Assembly: GCA_963737335.1 (NCBI GenBank)
Contig: CAVTSK010000022.1
Location: forward strand, 4,017 to 68,016
DNA length: 64,000 nt
Direction of reading: 5' to 3'
Source: an uncultured Solirubrobacteraceae bacterium
Lineage (GTDB): Bacteria > Actinomycetota > Thermoleophilia > Solirubrobacterales > Solirubrobacteraceae
Part shown: in pieces, positions 1 to 11,001 of the stretch
Layout: each line of letters begins with the position of its first letter
How positions within the stretch are numbered: the stretch's first letter is position 1
Position numbers and translations under genes: made by a program
The notes under the pieces: generated by a model
What the model was told of the DNA's origin: nothing
The model's database searches: none
Seen by the model: the letters and a program-made list of their open reading frames with translations, nothing else

Positions 1-291
1 CTGCACGCCGCACTGCTGCAGCACGATGCCGACCTGCTCGCGGAGGGCTCGGGCGCCCGTGGCCGGGTCGATGCCCAGGACGCGCGCCTCCCCCGACGAG
101 CGCGACCGGTACCCCTCCAGGATCTCTACGGTCGTTGTCTTGCCGGCGCCGTTGGGCCCCAGCAAGCAGAAGACCTCGCCGCGCCTGACGTCGAAGCTGA
201 CCCCGCCCACGGCGACGGTGTTGCCGTAGGACTTGCGCAGGTCACGGACTTCGATCGCCAGCTCATCTGCTTGTGTGGGAATCGAATGCAT
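1..291 (-). CDS. ABC transporter ATP-binding protein, N-terminal 97 codons (gene runs off the left window edge)
   Basis: Own reverse-strand translation from ATG (cat at 289-291): MHSIPTQADELAIEVRDLRKSYGNTVAVGGVSFDVRRGEVFCLLGPNGAGKTTTVEILEGY... with Walker A GPNGAGKTT. Absent from the ORF track because there is no stop inside the window. Confidence 0.85.
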   Translation of the reverse strand, partial: MHSIPTQADELAIEVRDLRKSYGNTVAVGGVSFDVRRGEVFCLLGPNGAGKTTTVEILEGYRSRSSGEARVLGIDPATGARALREQVGIVLQQCGVQ

Positions 292-360
292 GGCATGCAG
301 CGTAGGTCCGAGCCGGTCCCCGCGTAAGTGCCGCGCCGCCGAAATCGCCTATGACATCTG

Positions 361-924
361 TCATGCGCTCCAGCGCTCGATCACGGCGGTGTCGCGCTCG
401 TGACCGAGGACGCCGAGCGAGCCGGCTTCCAGCTTGAACCGCGCGCCGGCCGCGACGTCCATCTCGAGCCAGCGCGCCGTGAACACCCGCAGAACGTGGC
501 CGTGGGCGAAGACCAGGCCGTTGCCGTCAACGGCGGCGAACCGCTCCAGGACCCGGTCGACCCGGGCGCCGATCTGCGCCGGGGACTCCCCTCCGGGGCA
601 GCCGTCGCTCCACAGCCACCAGGAGGGGTTCTCCTCACGGATCTCGGGCGTGGTGCGGCCCTCGTATTCGCCGTAGTCCCACTCGATGAGGTCCTCGGTG
701 ATCTCGGCGGCATCGCCGAAGCCGGCCAGCTCACAGGTCTCCCTCGCCCGCCGCAAGGGGCTGCACAGAACCAGCGCGAACTCGATGCCGCTGAGTTTGC
801 TCCGCAGTCCCTGCGCCTGAACTTCGCCCTCGGGCAAGAGCGGCAGGTCGGTGCGGCTGGTGTGCTGCCCGGACTTGCTCCACTCGGTGGCGCCGTGCCG
901 GGCGATGTAGATCTCATGTGCCAT
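361..924 (-). CDS. histidine phosphatase family protein (phosphoglycerate mutase-like)
   Basis: ORF track 361..942. MAHEIYIARHGATEWSKSGQHTSRTDLPLLPEGE carries the RHG catalytic motif. ATG at 924 preferred over GTG at 942; start uncertain. Confidence 0.8.
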   Translation of the reverse strand: MAHEIYIARHGATEWSKSGQHTSRTDLPLLPEGEVQAQGLRSKLSGIEFALVLCSPLRRARETCELAGFGDAAEITEDLIEWDYGEYEGRTTPEIREENPSWWLWSDGCPGGESPAQIGARVDRVLERFAAVDGNGLVFAHGHVLRVFTARWLEMDVAAGARFKLEAGSLGVLGHERDTAVIERWSA

Positions 925-948
925 GCGCGCGGTCCCGCGCACACCATC

Positions 949-1416
949 TCAGGTTTGCGCCGCCGGCGCACCCCCGGTGCGCTCGATCTCGTCCACCTTG
1001 GCGCGTCGGCGCACGTGGCGCTCCTCGTATGACACCTGCGCCTGGAGGAAAGTGAGCACGATCTGCGCCGCCACCTCCACACCGATCACCCGGCCGCCGA
1101 GGCACAGCACGTTCACATCGTCGTGCTCGACTCCCTGGTGGGCGGTGTAGGTGTCGTGGATGGTGGCCGCCCGGACCCCGTGGATCTTGGCCGCGGCCAC
1201 CGAGACACCGGCGCCCGACCCGCACACGATGATCCCGCGCTGGGCCCGGCCCGAGGCCACTGCCTGCCCGACCTCCAGTGCCTTGTCGGGGTAGTCGATC
1301 GGATCGGGCCGGTCGGTGCCGAAGTCCAGGATCTCGTGGCCGTCGGCGGCGATCACGCCGAGCAGGCGCTCGCGCAGCACATAGCCGGCGTGGTCAAAGC
1401 CGCAGGCGACGATCAT
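949..1416 (-). CDS. rpiB: ribose-5-phosphate isomerase B
   Basis: ORF track 949..1416. RpiB/LacAB-type sequence (MIVACGFDHAGY..., CGSGAGVSVAAAKIHGVRAA). ATGA start/stop overlap with the upstream kinase gene. Confidence 0.9.
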   Translation of the reverse strand: MIVACGFDHAGYVLRERLLGVIAADGHEILDFGTDRPDPIDYPDKALEVGQAVASGRAQRGIIVCGSGAGVSVAAAKIHGVRAATIHDTYTAHQGVEHDDVNVLCLGGRVIGVEVAAQIVLTFLQAQVSYEERHVRRRAKVDEIERTGGAPAAQT

Positions 1417-2411
1417 GGGTCCTGAGTGATCAGATCCTGGGTGGGGGCGAGCGCCTGGGAGTCTGCCAGCTCGTGGGCAGCGAGCAGCGCCGCGCCCAGC
1501 ACCCCGGCACGCACGCCGTGGCGCGCGACCCGGATCGTCGTCCGCTTGCCCAGGCCGGGGAGCACGTAGGCCGCCGCGGTGCGCTTGGCCGGCTCCAGCA
1601 GCAGATCGCCGGCCCGCGCCGCGCCCCCGCCGATCACGACCTCCTCGGGATCGAAGGTGTTGATGGCATTGGCGATCCCGAGGCCCACGCGCTCACCCCA
1701 CAGCTCCAGCAACCGCGCGGCCACCGCGTCACCCGCCTGCGCGGCGTCGACGGCCTCCACCCCGGTCACCTTCTGGCCCTGGGCGCGCAGGCGACCCAAC
1801 GCCGAATCGGCGTGCTCGTCGGCGGCGCGCACCACCATTACGTCAAGGGCGTGCCCGGCGGCGACGGCCTCCAGCGAGCCCCGCTGCGGGAACCGCCCGG
1901 CATCCGGCACGGGCCCGCTCAGGTCCATGCCCACGATCGTATGGCCCAGCTCGCCCGCGCCTCCGGTGGCGCCCCGGTAGATCCGCCCTCCCAGCACCAG
2001 CCCGCCGCCGACGCCCGTGCCGACGGTGATCATCACGAGGTCGCGCGCGACCATCCGCAGATCCTCGTCGTGGGCCTCGGCGAGCGCGGCCACCGTCGCG
2101 TCGTTGTCAACGAACACCGGGACCCCCAGCCGCTCGCCCAGCACCTCGCGCAGGGGCACGTCGGTCAGCGGGACGTTGGCCGAGGAGACCACGCGGCCGG
2201 TCTCGAACTCCACCACGGACGGGACGCCCAGCCCGACGCCGTCGAGCTCGTCGCCGCGGCACTCGCCGATCATCGCCACCAGCTGCTCGATGAGGGCTTC
2301 CTGCCCCGAGACGTCGGTCGGCTTGATGAGGGAGTCGGAGAGCTCTGAGCCCTTCAGCCGGGCCACGGCGATCTTGGTCCCGCCGAGGTCCAGCCCGATG
2401 ACGTCGGTCAC
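1413..2411 (-). CDS. glk: ROK family glucokinase
   Basis: ORF track 1413..2411. N-terminal GLDLGGTKIAV phosphate-1 motif, ROK body without an HTH domain. GTG start overlapping the pgl stop (GTGA). Confidence 0.8.
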   Translation of the reverse strand: MTDVIGLDLGGTKIAVARLKGSELSDSLIKPTDVSGQEALIEQLVAMIGECRGDELDGVGLGVPSVVEFETGRVVSSANVPLTDVPLREVLGERLGVPVFVDNDATVAALAEAHDEDLRMVARDLVMITVGTGVGGGLVLGGRIYRGATGGAGELGHTIVGMDLSGPVPDAGRFPQRGSLEAVAAGHALDVMVVRAADEHADSALGRLRAQGQKVTGVEAVDAAQAGDAVAARLLELWGERVGLGIANAINTFDPEEVVIGGGAARAGDLLLEPAKRTAAAYVLPGLGKRTTIRVARHGVRAGVLGAALLAAHELADSQALAPTQDLITQDP

Positions 2412-3136
2412 TGCGGCTCCCCGGTGAAGTACAGGCGGGAGGCCGCCGACTCGTCCACCAGCACCGAGATCGCCCTCGCCTCGGGCACCAGCAGCGACGA
2501 CGGCGTCGCCGGGTCGGGCTGCGCCTCGGGGCCGAACGCCCGGGCGACGGCATCGGCCTTGGACTCGCCGGTGGCCAGGAACACGATCCGCCGTGCCCCG
2601 GCGAGCAAGGGCAGAGTCATCGAGACACGGGGGACGAACGGCTCCAGACCCGCCTCGGGCACGCCCACCACGAGCCGTGTGCGCTCGCTCAGCGACGGCT
2701 GCCCGGGGAACAGCGAGGCGCAGTGGCCGTCAGACCCGATCCCCAGGAGCAGGAGGTCGAACTGCGGCGGGGTGGCCGGGGACAGTCTCGTCAGGCGCTG
2801 CTCGTAGTCCGCGGCGCCCTCCGCGGGCCCGAGCTCGCCCTTGATCCGCTCAAAGCGCGGCGCCCGGTCACCGAGTGGGTCGAGCAGGCTCTCCTTGATC
2901 ATCCGGTAGTTGGAGCGCTCGTCCTCGGGGTCCACGCAGCGCTCGTCCCCGATCCAGAACGTCGTCCGCGTGAGATCGAGGTCGACGCGCTGGACCGCCT
3001 CCACGAAGTGCTGGTAGGCGGCGCGCGGGGTCGATCCGCCGGTGAGCACGATGTCCCCGCCGCCGATCGCCGCCCCCACCATCAGCGCGGCGCACCCCCT
3101 GGCAGGATCGTCGACGATCTCGAACGAGACCGTCAT
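2408..3136 (-). CDS. pgl: 6-phosphogluconolactonase
   Basis: Inner part of track ORF 2408..3622. MTVSFEIVDDPARGCAALMV...VLTGGSTPRAAYQHF is typical of Pgl/NagB-fold lactonases. ATG at 3136 overlaps the opcA stop (ATGA). The extra ~160 N-terminal residues in the track are Arg/Gly/Pro-rich junk. Confidence 0.85.
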   Translation of the reverse strand: MTVSFEIVDDPARGCAALMVGAAIGGGDIVLTGGSTPRAAYQHFVEAVQRVDLDLTRTTFWIGDERCVDPEDERSNYRMIKESLLDPLGDRAPRFERIKGELGPAEGAADYEQRLTRLSPATPPQFDLLLLGIGSDGHCASLFPGQPSLSERTRLVVGVPEAGLEPFVPRVSMTLPLLAGARRIVFLATGESKADAVARAFGPEAQPDPATPSSLLVPEARAISVLVDESAASRLYFTGEPQ

Positions 3137-4185
3137 GCGGGGCACAGTCCCCGGGCCGCGTTGAGCGCGGGCAGGTACGTGGAGTCGCGCAGCAGCGCCT
3201 GGCGGATGCCCTCGCCGAGGATGCCGCCCTCGCCTCGGGACGCGCCGAGGATCTTCCAGTGGTGCTCGTCGCCGTCGGGGTCGCGCTCGACGGCGTCGAG
3301 GCCCCCCTGCCCCCGCTGCAGCGAGAGCGCGGTCCCGTCCGCGGTGACCACGGTGACGCCTGCCAATCCCGGCGCCTCCTGCTCGGCCGTGCGCAGCGAG
3401 ACGACCACGTCGCCGTCGCCCTCCGCTGCCCCGCCGGCCAGTCGGCCATCCCACAGGCGCAGATGGCTGCGGTCCCACTGCAGGCGAGAGGACAGCCAGC
3501 CGGCCAACAGCAGGGCGCTGGCCATCGAGGTCTCGCGGTGGCGGATCTCGAGCTCCTCGATCTCGCGCAGCGCCGCGAGGCGCTCGGGCAGGTCGAAGGT
3601 CGCGGCCAGCCGCTCGCGCCACGGCGTCGTGCGCAGCCAGGCCAGGTCGACGATGTAGGTGTGCTTGCGCAGGCGTTCGGCGCGGGCGAAGGCGTCAGCG
3701 GGATCGTCGATGTCGTCGGAGTCCAACAGCATCACGTCGACGAGCGGGCAGACGGCGTCGACCGCCTCGGGGTGGCCATGCGGGGACCACAGAACGGTGG
3801 GCAGCTCGCCCGCCAGCACGGGGTCACAGATCGTCTGCAGCGCCCGCAGGTGGCCCGGGCCGAGGTCGATCTCAACGGTCTCGTGCATCACCCCGAGAGC
3901 GGAGCCCTGTGGCTCCTCGTAGCTGACCGTCGCCACGGCGTCGAGCGTGGTGCGCTTCTCCTCCACCGCGCACAGAACAGTGCGGGAGCCGTGATAACGA
4001 CCCGCGCGCTCCAGCCGATTGGCGATCTCGCCCTTCCACTCGCGGTCGACGATCACGATCAAGTTGATGACGCGAGCGGGCGCCAGCGCCTCGTTGGCGG
4101 CGTGGCGTGTGCGCAGCAACTCGCGCAGTGCAGCCTCGATGGCGTCAGGATTCGTGTCCTGCGCAGCCCAGACGTCCTCGCTCAC
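3133..4185 (-). CDS. opcA: glucose-6-phosphate dehydrogenase assembly protein OpcA
   Basis: ORF track 3133..4185. OpcA-like sequence in the conserved position between zwf and pgl. GTG start. Confidence 0.85.
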   Translation of the reverse strand: MSEDVWAAQDTNPDAIEAALRELLRTRHAANEALAPARVINLIVIVDREWKGEIANRLERAGRYHGSRTVLCAVEEKRTTLDAVATVSYEEPQGSALGVMHETVEIDLGPGHLRALQTICDPVLAGELPTVLWSPHGHPEAVDAVCPLVDVMLLDSDDIDDPADAFARAERLRKHTYIVDLAWLRTTPWRERLAATFDLPERLAALREIEELEIRHRETSMASALLLAGWLSSRLQWDRSHLRLWDGRLAGGAAEGDGDVVVSLRTAEQEAPGLAGVTVVTADGTALSLQRGQGGLDAVERDPDGDEHHWKILGASRGEGGILGEGIRQALLRDSTYLPALNAARGLCPA

Positions 4186-4232
4186 AGCGTCACCCTACCC
4201 CCAGGGAGTTCGCGCCAGCGAACTTCCCAATT

Positions 4233-5776
4233 TCACAGGCGCCGCCACACCCGCCCGTCCTGCAGCAGCGCGTTGGCCTCGCGCGGACCGGGGGTCCCGG
4301 CCTCGTACTGCGGGATCGTCGAGGACTTGTCGGCGTCCCACGCCTCGAGAATGGGATCGATGATCCCCCACAGCGCCTCGACCTCGTCGTTGCGGGTGAA
4401 CAGCGTGGCGTCGCCGCGCATCGCGTCCAAGATCAAGCGCTCGTAGGCCTCCGGCGACTCCGAGAGGAATGAGGTGCCGTAGCGGAACTCCATGTTGACC
4501 GGGCGGATGCGCATCCGCGTCCCCGGGATCTTGGCCCCGATCGACACCGACACGCCCTCATCGGGCTGCACCGTGAATACCAGCTGGTTGGCCTGGATCC
4601 CCACCGAGCCCGAGCTCTGCAGCGCCATGTGCGGGATCTGCTTGAGCACCACGGCGATCTCGGTCAGCTTGCGCGACAGCCGCTTGCCGGTGCGCAGGTA
4701 GAACGGGACGCCGGCCCAGCGCCAGTTGGAGACGTGCAGGCGCAGCGCCGCGTAGGTGGGGGTGCGCGAGTAGCGGGCGACGCCCTCCTCCTCGCGATAT
4801 CCGGGGACCTCGACGCCTCCCACCATGCCCGGGGCGTACTGGGCGCGCACCGTCATCGCCTCGACCTCGTCGATGCTGGGCGGCACGATCGCCTCCAGCA
4901 CCTTGAGCTTCTCGTCGCGGAGGCGGTCGGCGTCGAACGCCGTCGGCGGCTCCATCGTCAGCAGCGCGAGGAGCTGGAGCATGTGGTTCTGCACGAGGTC
5001 GCGCAGCGCCCCGGAGTGCTCGTAGTACCCGGCGCGGGTGCCGATACCGATGTCCTCGGCGGCGGTGATCTGGACGTGATCGATGTAGTTGCGGTTCCAC
5101 ACGGGCTCGAACAGGGCGTTGGCGAAGCGCAGCGCCATCAGGTTCTGGACCGTCTCCTTGCCCAGGTAGTGGTCGATGCGGAAGATCTGCGGCTCCTCGA
5201 AGACCTCCAGCAGCTCGGCGTTGAGGATGCGCGCCGTCGCCAGGTCATAGCCGAACGGCTTCTCGATGACGATCCGGACCGAGGCGCGCTCGGCCCGGTT
5301 GAGCCCGACGGCGCCGAGCTTGGCGGCGATGATCGGGAAGAACTCAGGGGCCGTGGACAGGTAGAAGACGCGGTCCAGGGGACGGCCCGCAGCCTCGTCG
5401 AACGCATCGAGCTCGCGGACCAGCTCGGTGTAGACCGCATCGTCATCGAAGGACCCCTGCACGTAGCGGGCCTCGTTGAGCAGGCCCTCCAGCACGCTGG
5501 GGTCCGGGCGGCGGCGCGAGAAGCGCTCGATCGAGTCGACGACCGTGTCGCGGAAGTCCTCGTCCTCGTGCGTGCGTCGCCCGACACCGATGACCTCGAA
5601 GCGCTCGGGCAACTGGCCCTCGTGCGCGAGGTTGTAGAGCGCCGGCAGGAGCTTGCGGTGCGCCAGATCCCCGGTGGCGCCGAAGATGACCAGCGACGTC
5701 GGGTGGACCGGCAGCCGCTCGAGCCCTTCGACGAGCGGGTTCTCCGTGTCGGCCGCGCTCAGCGGGGAGGTCGCGC

Positions 5777-5780
<4 letters not shown>
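4233..5780 (-). CDS. zwf: glucose-6-phosphate 1-dehydrogenase
   Basis: Inner part of track ORF 4233..6065. VIFGATGDLAHRKLLPALYNL dinucleotide motif and RIDHYLGKE active-site motif. GTG at 5780 overlaps the gnd stop (GTGA) and leaves ~31 aa before the Rossmann motif, as in other actinobacterial Zwf. Confidence 0.9.
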
Positions 5781-6706
<926 letters not shown>

Positions 6707-6738
6707 CAGTCTCTACCTCCGCGGGGATGTGGGCGCGC

Positions 6739-6766
6739 CTCGTGCACGTGTGAACCCGTGCACGAG
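6739..6766 (-). terminator. perfect 10-bp stem-loop between tal and gnd (terminator-like or mRNA processing/stability element)
   Basis: CTCGTGCACG-TGTGAACC-CGTGCACGAG, 40 nt downstream of the tal stop. No clear U-tract. Confidence 0.35.
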
Positions 6767-6806
6767 AGCGAGGTCACGCACCGGATTGGCTCAGCGCCCT
6801 CCGTGG

Positions 6807-7910
6807 TCACGACTGGGCGGCCTTCTCGATCCCCGCCAGGAGACGCTCCATGGCATCGATGAACTGGGTGACGCCGGCGTCGAGGAGCTGCTCAGTGATC
6901 TCGGTCATGTCGATCCCGGCCTTGGCGAGCGCCGCGAGCTCCTCGGAGGGGTCCTTCTGGGCGGTCGGCCCGGAGAGGTGCCCGTGGTCGCCGAATGCTT
7001 TGAGGGTGTCAAGTGGCATGGTGTTGACAGTGTGCGGACCGACCAGGTCATCGACGTACTTGGTGTCCGGGTAGGCCGGGTTCTTGACACCGGTCGAGGC
7101 CCACAGCGGGCGCTGAACGTGGGCGCCGGCGTGATGCAGGGCCTCCCAGCGCGGGGTGGCGAAGTGCTCCTCGAACTTGCGGTAGGCCTCGCGGGCGTTG
7201 GCGACGGCGGCGGTGCCGAGCAGCTCGGTGTGGCCCGATGCCTCCAACTGCTTGTCGGCAGCGGTGTCCACGCGCGAGACAAAGAAGCTGGCCACCGACG
7301 CGACGTCGAGTGACTCGTGGTTCTCCAAGCGCTTTTCCAGGCCGCTCATGAAGGCGTCGATCACGTTCTCATAGGACTCCACGGAGAACAGCAGCGTGAT
7401 GTTGATGTTGATCCCCTCGCTGATGCACTTCTCGATCGCGGGGATGCCCTCCGTGGTGCCGGGGATCTTGATCATCAGGTTGGGCCGCTTCACGCGCTTC
7501 CAGAAGTCGCGCGCGCCGTTGATCGACTTCTCCGTGTCGTGGGCGATGTCAGCCGACACCTCGAGTGACACAAAGCCGTCCTGGTGGTGCGTGGCCTCCC
7601 AGGTGGGACGGTGCACGTCACAGGCCATCTGCACGTCCTTGATGGCCAGATGCTCGTAGATCTCCTGCGGGCTCAGGCCCTGACCCGCGAGATCCTTGAC
7701 GTCCTCCTGGTAGTCGTCAGAACCCAGGATGGCCTTCTCGAAGATCGAGGGGTTGGAGGTGTTGCCCCGCAACGAGTCCTCATCGATGAGGCGCTTGAGC
7801 TCCCCACTGGTGATGAGAGAGCGCCCGAGGTTGTCCAGCCACGGGCTGACGCCGGCTTCAACCAGCGACTTGAGGTTCGCGTTGACGTTGGTGGCTTCAG
7901 TTGTGCTCAT
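6807..7910 (-). CDS. tal: transaldolase
   Basis: Inner part of track ORF 6807..8174. MSTTEATNVNANLKSLVEAGVSPWLDNLGR...GNTSNPSIFEKA. AAGGAG SD 9 nt upstream of ATG 7910. Confidence 0.9.
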   Translation of the reverse strand: MSTTEATNVNANLKSLVEAGVSPWLDNLGRSLITSGELKRLIDEDSLRGNTSNPSIFEKAILGSDDYQEDVKDLAGQGLSPQEIYEHLAIKDVQMACDVHRPTWEATHHQDGFVSLEVSADIAHDTEKSINGARDFWKRVKRPNLMIKIPGTTEGIPAIEKCISEGININITLLFSVESYENVIDAFMSGLEKRLENHESLDVASVASFFVSRVDTAADKQLEASGHTELLGTAAVANAREAYRKFEEHFATPRWEALHHAGAHVQRPLWASTGVKNPAYPDTKYVDDLVGPHTVNTMPLDTLKAFGDHGHLSGPTAQKDPSEELAALAKAGIDMTEITEQLLDAGVTQFIDAMERLLAGIEKAAQS

Positions 7911-8050
7911 TGTGCTGAGCTCCTTTGCTGGATGACCGGGCCGCCACCACGGTGCCGCAAGACGGCCGCTACTACTCAGAATAGACGGATATCCGAGCAG
8001 GCAAACGATGTTTGTGTGAATGAGCGCGCGCGCCCATCGCGGGGCTGCGG

Positions 8051-9079
8051 TCAGCCGAAGAGCACGCCGTAGCGCTCGTATTCCTCGACCGGGACGCGCC
8101 GGACCTCGGACACCGCCTCGGCGAGGGCGACGAGCTTGATCTCCGTGGCGTGCAGGGCGGTCATCATGCCCCACTGGCCCTGGTGGGCGGCGTCGATGGC
8201 GGCCAGGCCCAGGCGCGTGGCCAGCACTCGATCGAACGCCGTCGGCGTCCCGCCGCGCTGGACATGGCCCAGGACGGTGGTGCGCGTCTCAAAGCCGGTC
8301 CGGGTCTCGATCTCGCGCTCGAGCTGCTGCCCGATCCCGCCCAGGCGAGGGTGCCCGAACTCGTCGACATCCCCGGTGGCAACGGCCATCGTCCCCTCCT
8401 GGGGCGTCGCGCCCTCGGCGACCACGATGATCGCGAAGTAGCGCCCGCGCGCGTGGCGACGGTTGATGAGCCGGCAGACCTCCTCGATGTCGAAGGGCAT
8501 CTCGGGGATGAGGATCACGTCGGCGCCGCCGGCCAGGCCCGAGTGCAGGGCGATCCACCCGGCGCTGCGCCCCATGACCTCGACGACGAGGTTGCGGTGG
8601 TGGCTCTCGGCGGTGGTGTGCAGGCGGTCGATCGCCTCGGTGGCGACGTGCAGCGCGGTGTCGAACCCGAAGGTGACGTCGGTGGCGCCCAGGTCGTTGT
8701 CGATCGTCTTGGGCACGCCGATGACGTTGAGCCCCTCCGCGTACAGGCGGCTGGCTGCGCCCAGTGTGTCCTCTCCGCCGATGGCGATGAGCCCGTCGAG
8801 CGCGTGGCGCTCGAACGTGGCGCGCACCTGATCCACCCCGTCGGGGCGCTTGAAGATGTTGGTGCGGCTGCTGCCCAGGATCGTGCCGCCGCGCGGCAGG
8901 ATGCCGCGCGTGGACTCGATCGTCAGCTCCTCGTAGACATCCTCCAGGGGGCCGCGCCAGCCGTCGCGAAAGCCGATCAGCTCGTCGCCGTAGGCGTCGA
9001 CGCCCTTGCGCACCACGGCGCGGATGACCGCGTTGAGGCCGGGGCAGTCGCCGCCGCCCGTGAGCATGCCGATTCGCAC
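8051..9079 (-). CDS. pfkA: 6-phosphofructokinase (ATP versus PPi dependence not decidable by eye)
   Basis: ORF track 8051..9079. MRIGMLTGGGDCPGLNAVIRAVVRKG, IGGEDTLG and PKTIDNDL motifs. GTG start. Confidence 0.9.
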   Translation of the reverse strand: MRIGMLTGGGDCPGLNAVIRAVVRKGVDAYGDELIGFRDGWRGPLEDVYEELTIESTRGILPRGGTILGSSRTNIFKRPDGVDQVRATFERHALDGLIAIGGEDTLGAASRLYAEGLNVIGVPKTIDNDLGATDVTFGFDTALHVATEAIDRLHTTAESHHRNLVVEVMGRSAGWIALHSGLAGGADVILIPEMPFDIEEVCRLINRRHARGRYFAIIVVAEGATPQEGTMAVATGDVDEFGHPRLGGIGQQLEREIETRTGFETRTTVLGHVQRGGTPTAFDRVLATRLGLAAIDAAHQGQWGMMTALHATEIKLVALAEAVSEVRRVPVEEYERYGVLFG

Positions 9080-9194
9080 GGGCGGACATGGTACGCAGCG
9101 GCGCGGGCGCTTGGAGGCTTGCGTGCGTGCAACCCCCCACCCGGCGGGTCGTGCCGTGCGCCCGGCCCGTCATCCGGGCGGTAGGGTTGCCCCG

Positions 9195-10253
9195 ATGGCC
9201 ACACGTGCCAGACGTCGAGCGCGCCCCGGACCCCGCGCCATCGCCGCCACCGCGGCCCTCGGCGTTCTCGCCGCTGGAGCGGCGATCCAGCGGCGCCATC
9301 TGCACACGATCGCCCGCGACGAGGACTACCGCCACCTGCGCGCTCCCCTGGACGGTCGTCCGCTGCGAATCACCTCGCCCGACGGCACCGAGCTCTACGC
9401 CGAGACGTTCGGCCCCGACGACGCCGACACCGTCGTCCTGGCCCACGGCTGGACGGAGCAGGTGGCCTTCTGGGGCCCGGTGATCGGCCCCCTGCGAGCG
9501 CGCGGGCTGCGCGTGGTGGCGTATGACCTGCGCGGTCACGGTCGCAGCCGCCCTGCCGCCGGCAGGGACTACTCGCTGGAGCGCTTCGGTGAGGACCTGG
9601 AGGCGGTGCTGGCCACGGTGGGCGTCGGCACCGCCCACGAGCCGGCCACCGTGGTCGGCCACTCGCTGGGCGCGATGTCGATCGCGGCCTGGGCAGAGCA
9701 TCATGACCCGCGCGCCCGGGCGCGCGCGGCGGCGCTGATCAACACCGGCCTGGGCGACCTTCTCGCAGGCCACCTGCTTCTCCCCCAGGCGGCGCGGTTC
9801 CTCAACCATCCGCGGGCGAGCCGGGCCGTGCTCGGCTCCAAGGCCCCGGTCCCGCCGTTCTCCACCCCGGTCCAGCAGGCGGTGATCCGCTACATGGCGT
9901 TCGGCCCCCACGCCAGCCAGGGCGACGTGGCCTTCTATGAGCGCATGCTCATCGACACCCCGCCCGACGTGCGCGCCGCCGTCGGCGTGGCCCTGTCGAG
10001 AATGGATCTATGGCATGCCGTGGCCAACATCACCGTCCCCACACTGGTGATCGACGGCGCGCTGGACCGCCTCACGCCACCCGCCCACGCCCGTCGCATC
10101 GCCGAGACGCTCCCTCACCTCGCCGGCCTGCTCGAGCTGCCCGAGACCGGTCACATGGCTCCGCTGGAGCGCCCGCGCGAGGTCGCCGACGCGCTGGCGC
10201 GCCTCGTCCGCGACACCGCCACCGCCCCCGTGGCCTCGGGCGACGGGCGCTGA
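9195..10253 (+). CDS. alpha/beta hydrolase
   Basis: Inner part of track ORF 9006..10253. GHSLGAMS nucleophile elbow, HGW oxyanion region. ATG at 9195 followed by an Arg-rich then hydrophobic N-terminus. Confidence 0.75.
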   Translation: MATRARRRARPGPRAIAATAALGVLAAGAAIQRRHLHTIARDEDYRHLRAPLDGRPLRITSPDGTELYAETFGPDDADTVVLAHGWTEQVAFWGPVIGPLRARGLRVVAYDLRGHGRSRPAAGRDYSLERFGEDLEAVLATVGVGTAHEPATVVGHSLGAMSIAAWAEHHDPRARARAAALINTGLGDLLAGHLLLPQAARFLNHPRASRAVLGSKAPVPPFSTPVQQAVIRYMAFGPHASQGDVAFYERMLIDTPPDVRAAVGVALSRMDLWHAVANITVPTLVIDGALDRLTPPAHARRIAETLPHLAGLLELPETGHMAPLERPREVADALARLVRDTATAPVASGDGR

Positions 10254-10255
10254 CT

Positions 10256-10999
10256 GTGCCCGCCCTCAACCACGTCGTCACCGCCGCCAACGTCTGCTGG
10301 GTCCTGCGCGAGGACCCCGAGTTGGCCGAGGCGATCGACCCCAGCCGCCGCGCCCAGGCGGAGGACGCGCTCGTCGCGCGCGAGGTCAGGGTCCCCGCCG
10401 GTCTCTGGGTGGGTCGGCCGATTCCGTCCGACGACGGGATCGGACTGCTCGTGCTCGAAGGGGTGATGCTGCACCGCGTCGGGATCGACGGCCGCTTCGG
10501 CGCCGAGCTCGTGGGCGAGGGGGATGTGCTGCGCGCGGTCAGCGAGGACAACGACAACCCCACGCTGCCGCTGACGGTCGAGTGGCTCATCCTCGAGCCG
10601 GCGCGTGCCGCGGTCCTCGACGAGCGCTTCGTGCGCCAGCTCGCCCGCTTCCCCCAGGTCGCCGGCAAGCTGTTCGCGCGGTCGGTGCTGCGCTCGCGCC
10701 AACTCGCGGTCAACATGGCGATCGTCCACCAGGCGCGCGTCGATGTGCGCCTGCGGCTGCTGTTCTGGCAGCTCGCCGGCCGCTGGGGCCGCGTGCGCTC
10801 CGACGGCGTCGTCGTCCCGTTGCGCCTCACCCACACGGTGCTGGCCGATCTGGTGGCGGCGCGGCGGCCCACGGTCACCAGCGCCCTGTCTGACCTCAGC
10901 CGGCGCGGATTGGTGCGCGCCGTCAGCGAAGGATGGCTACTCTCCGGCCCTCCGCCCGCCCGGGGCGTCAGCCCGGTGCCGCCGCGCGAGCGTCATTAG
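10256..10999 (+). CDS. Crp/Fnr family transcriptional regulator (paralogue of 37281..38015)
   Basis: Inner part of track ORF 10010..10999. GTG 2 nt after the hydrolase stop. cNMP-binding-like core (LLVLEGVMLHRV...AELVGEGDVLR) and C-terminal HTH (RLTHTVLADLVAARRPTVTSALSDLSRRGLV). Confidence 0.75.
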   Translation: MPALNHVVTAANVCWVLREDPELAEAIDPSRRAQAEDALVAREVRVPAGLWVGRPIPSDDGIGLLVLEGVMLHRVGIDGRFGAELVGEGDVLRAVSEDNDNPTLPLTVEWLILEPARAAVLDERFVRQLARFPQVAGKLFARSVLRSRQLAVNMAIVHQARVDVRLRLLFWQLAGRWGRVRSDGVVVPLRLTHTVLADLVAARRPTVTSALSDLSRRGLVRAVSEGWLLSGPPPARGVSPVPPRERH

Positions 11000-11001
11000 C
11001 A

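Noticed and set aside
2408-3622. N-terminal extensions of track ORFs (2408..3622, 4233..6065, 6807..8174, 9006..10253, 10010..10999, 12846..14465, 20873..22069, 23637..25520, 24263..26287, 27062..28771, 35845..36645, 38501..39340, 41652..42866, 46695..49022, 50534..53113)
   Set aside because: The extensions overlap the upstream gene, have junk-like composition and lack SD sequences. Internal starts give normal family lengths and often 4-nt stop/start overlaps or good SDs, so I used those.
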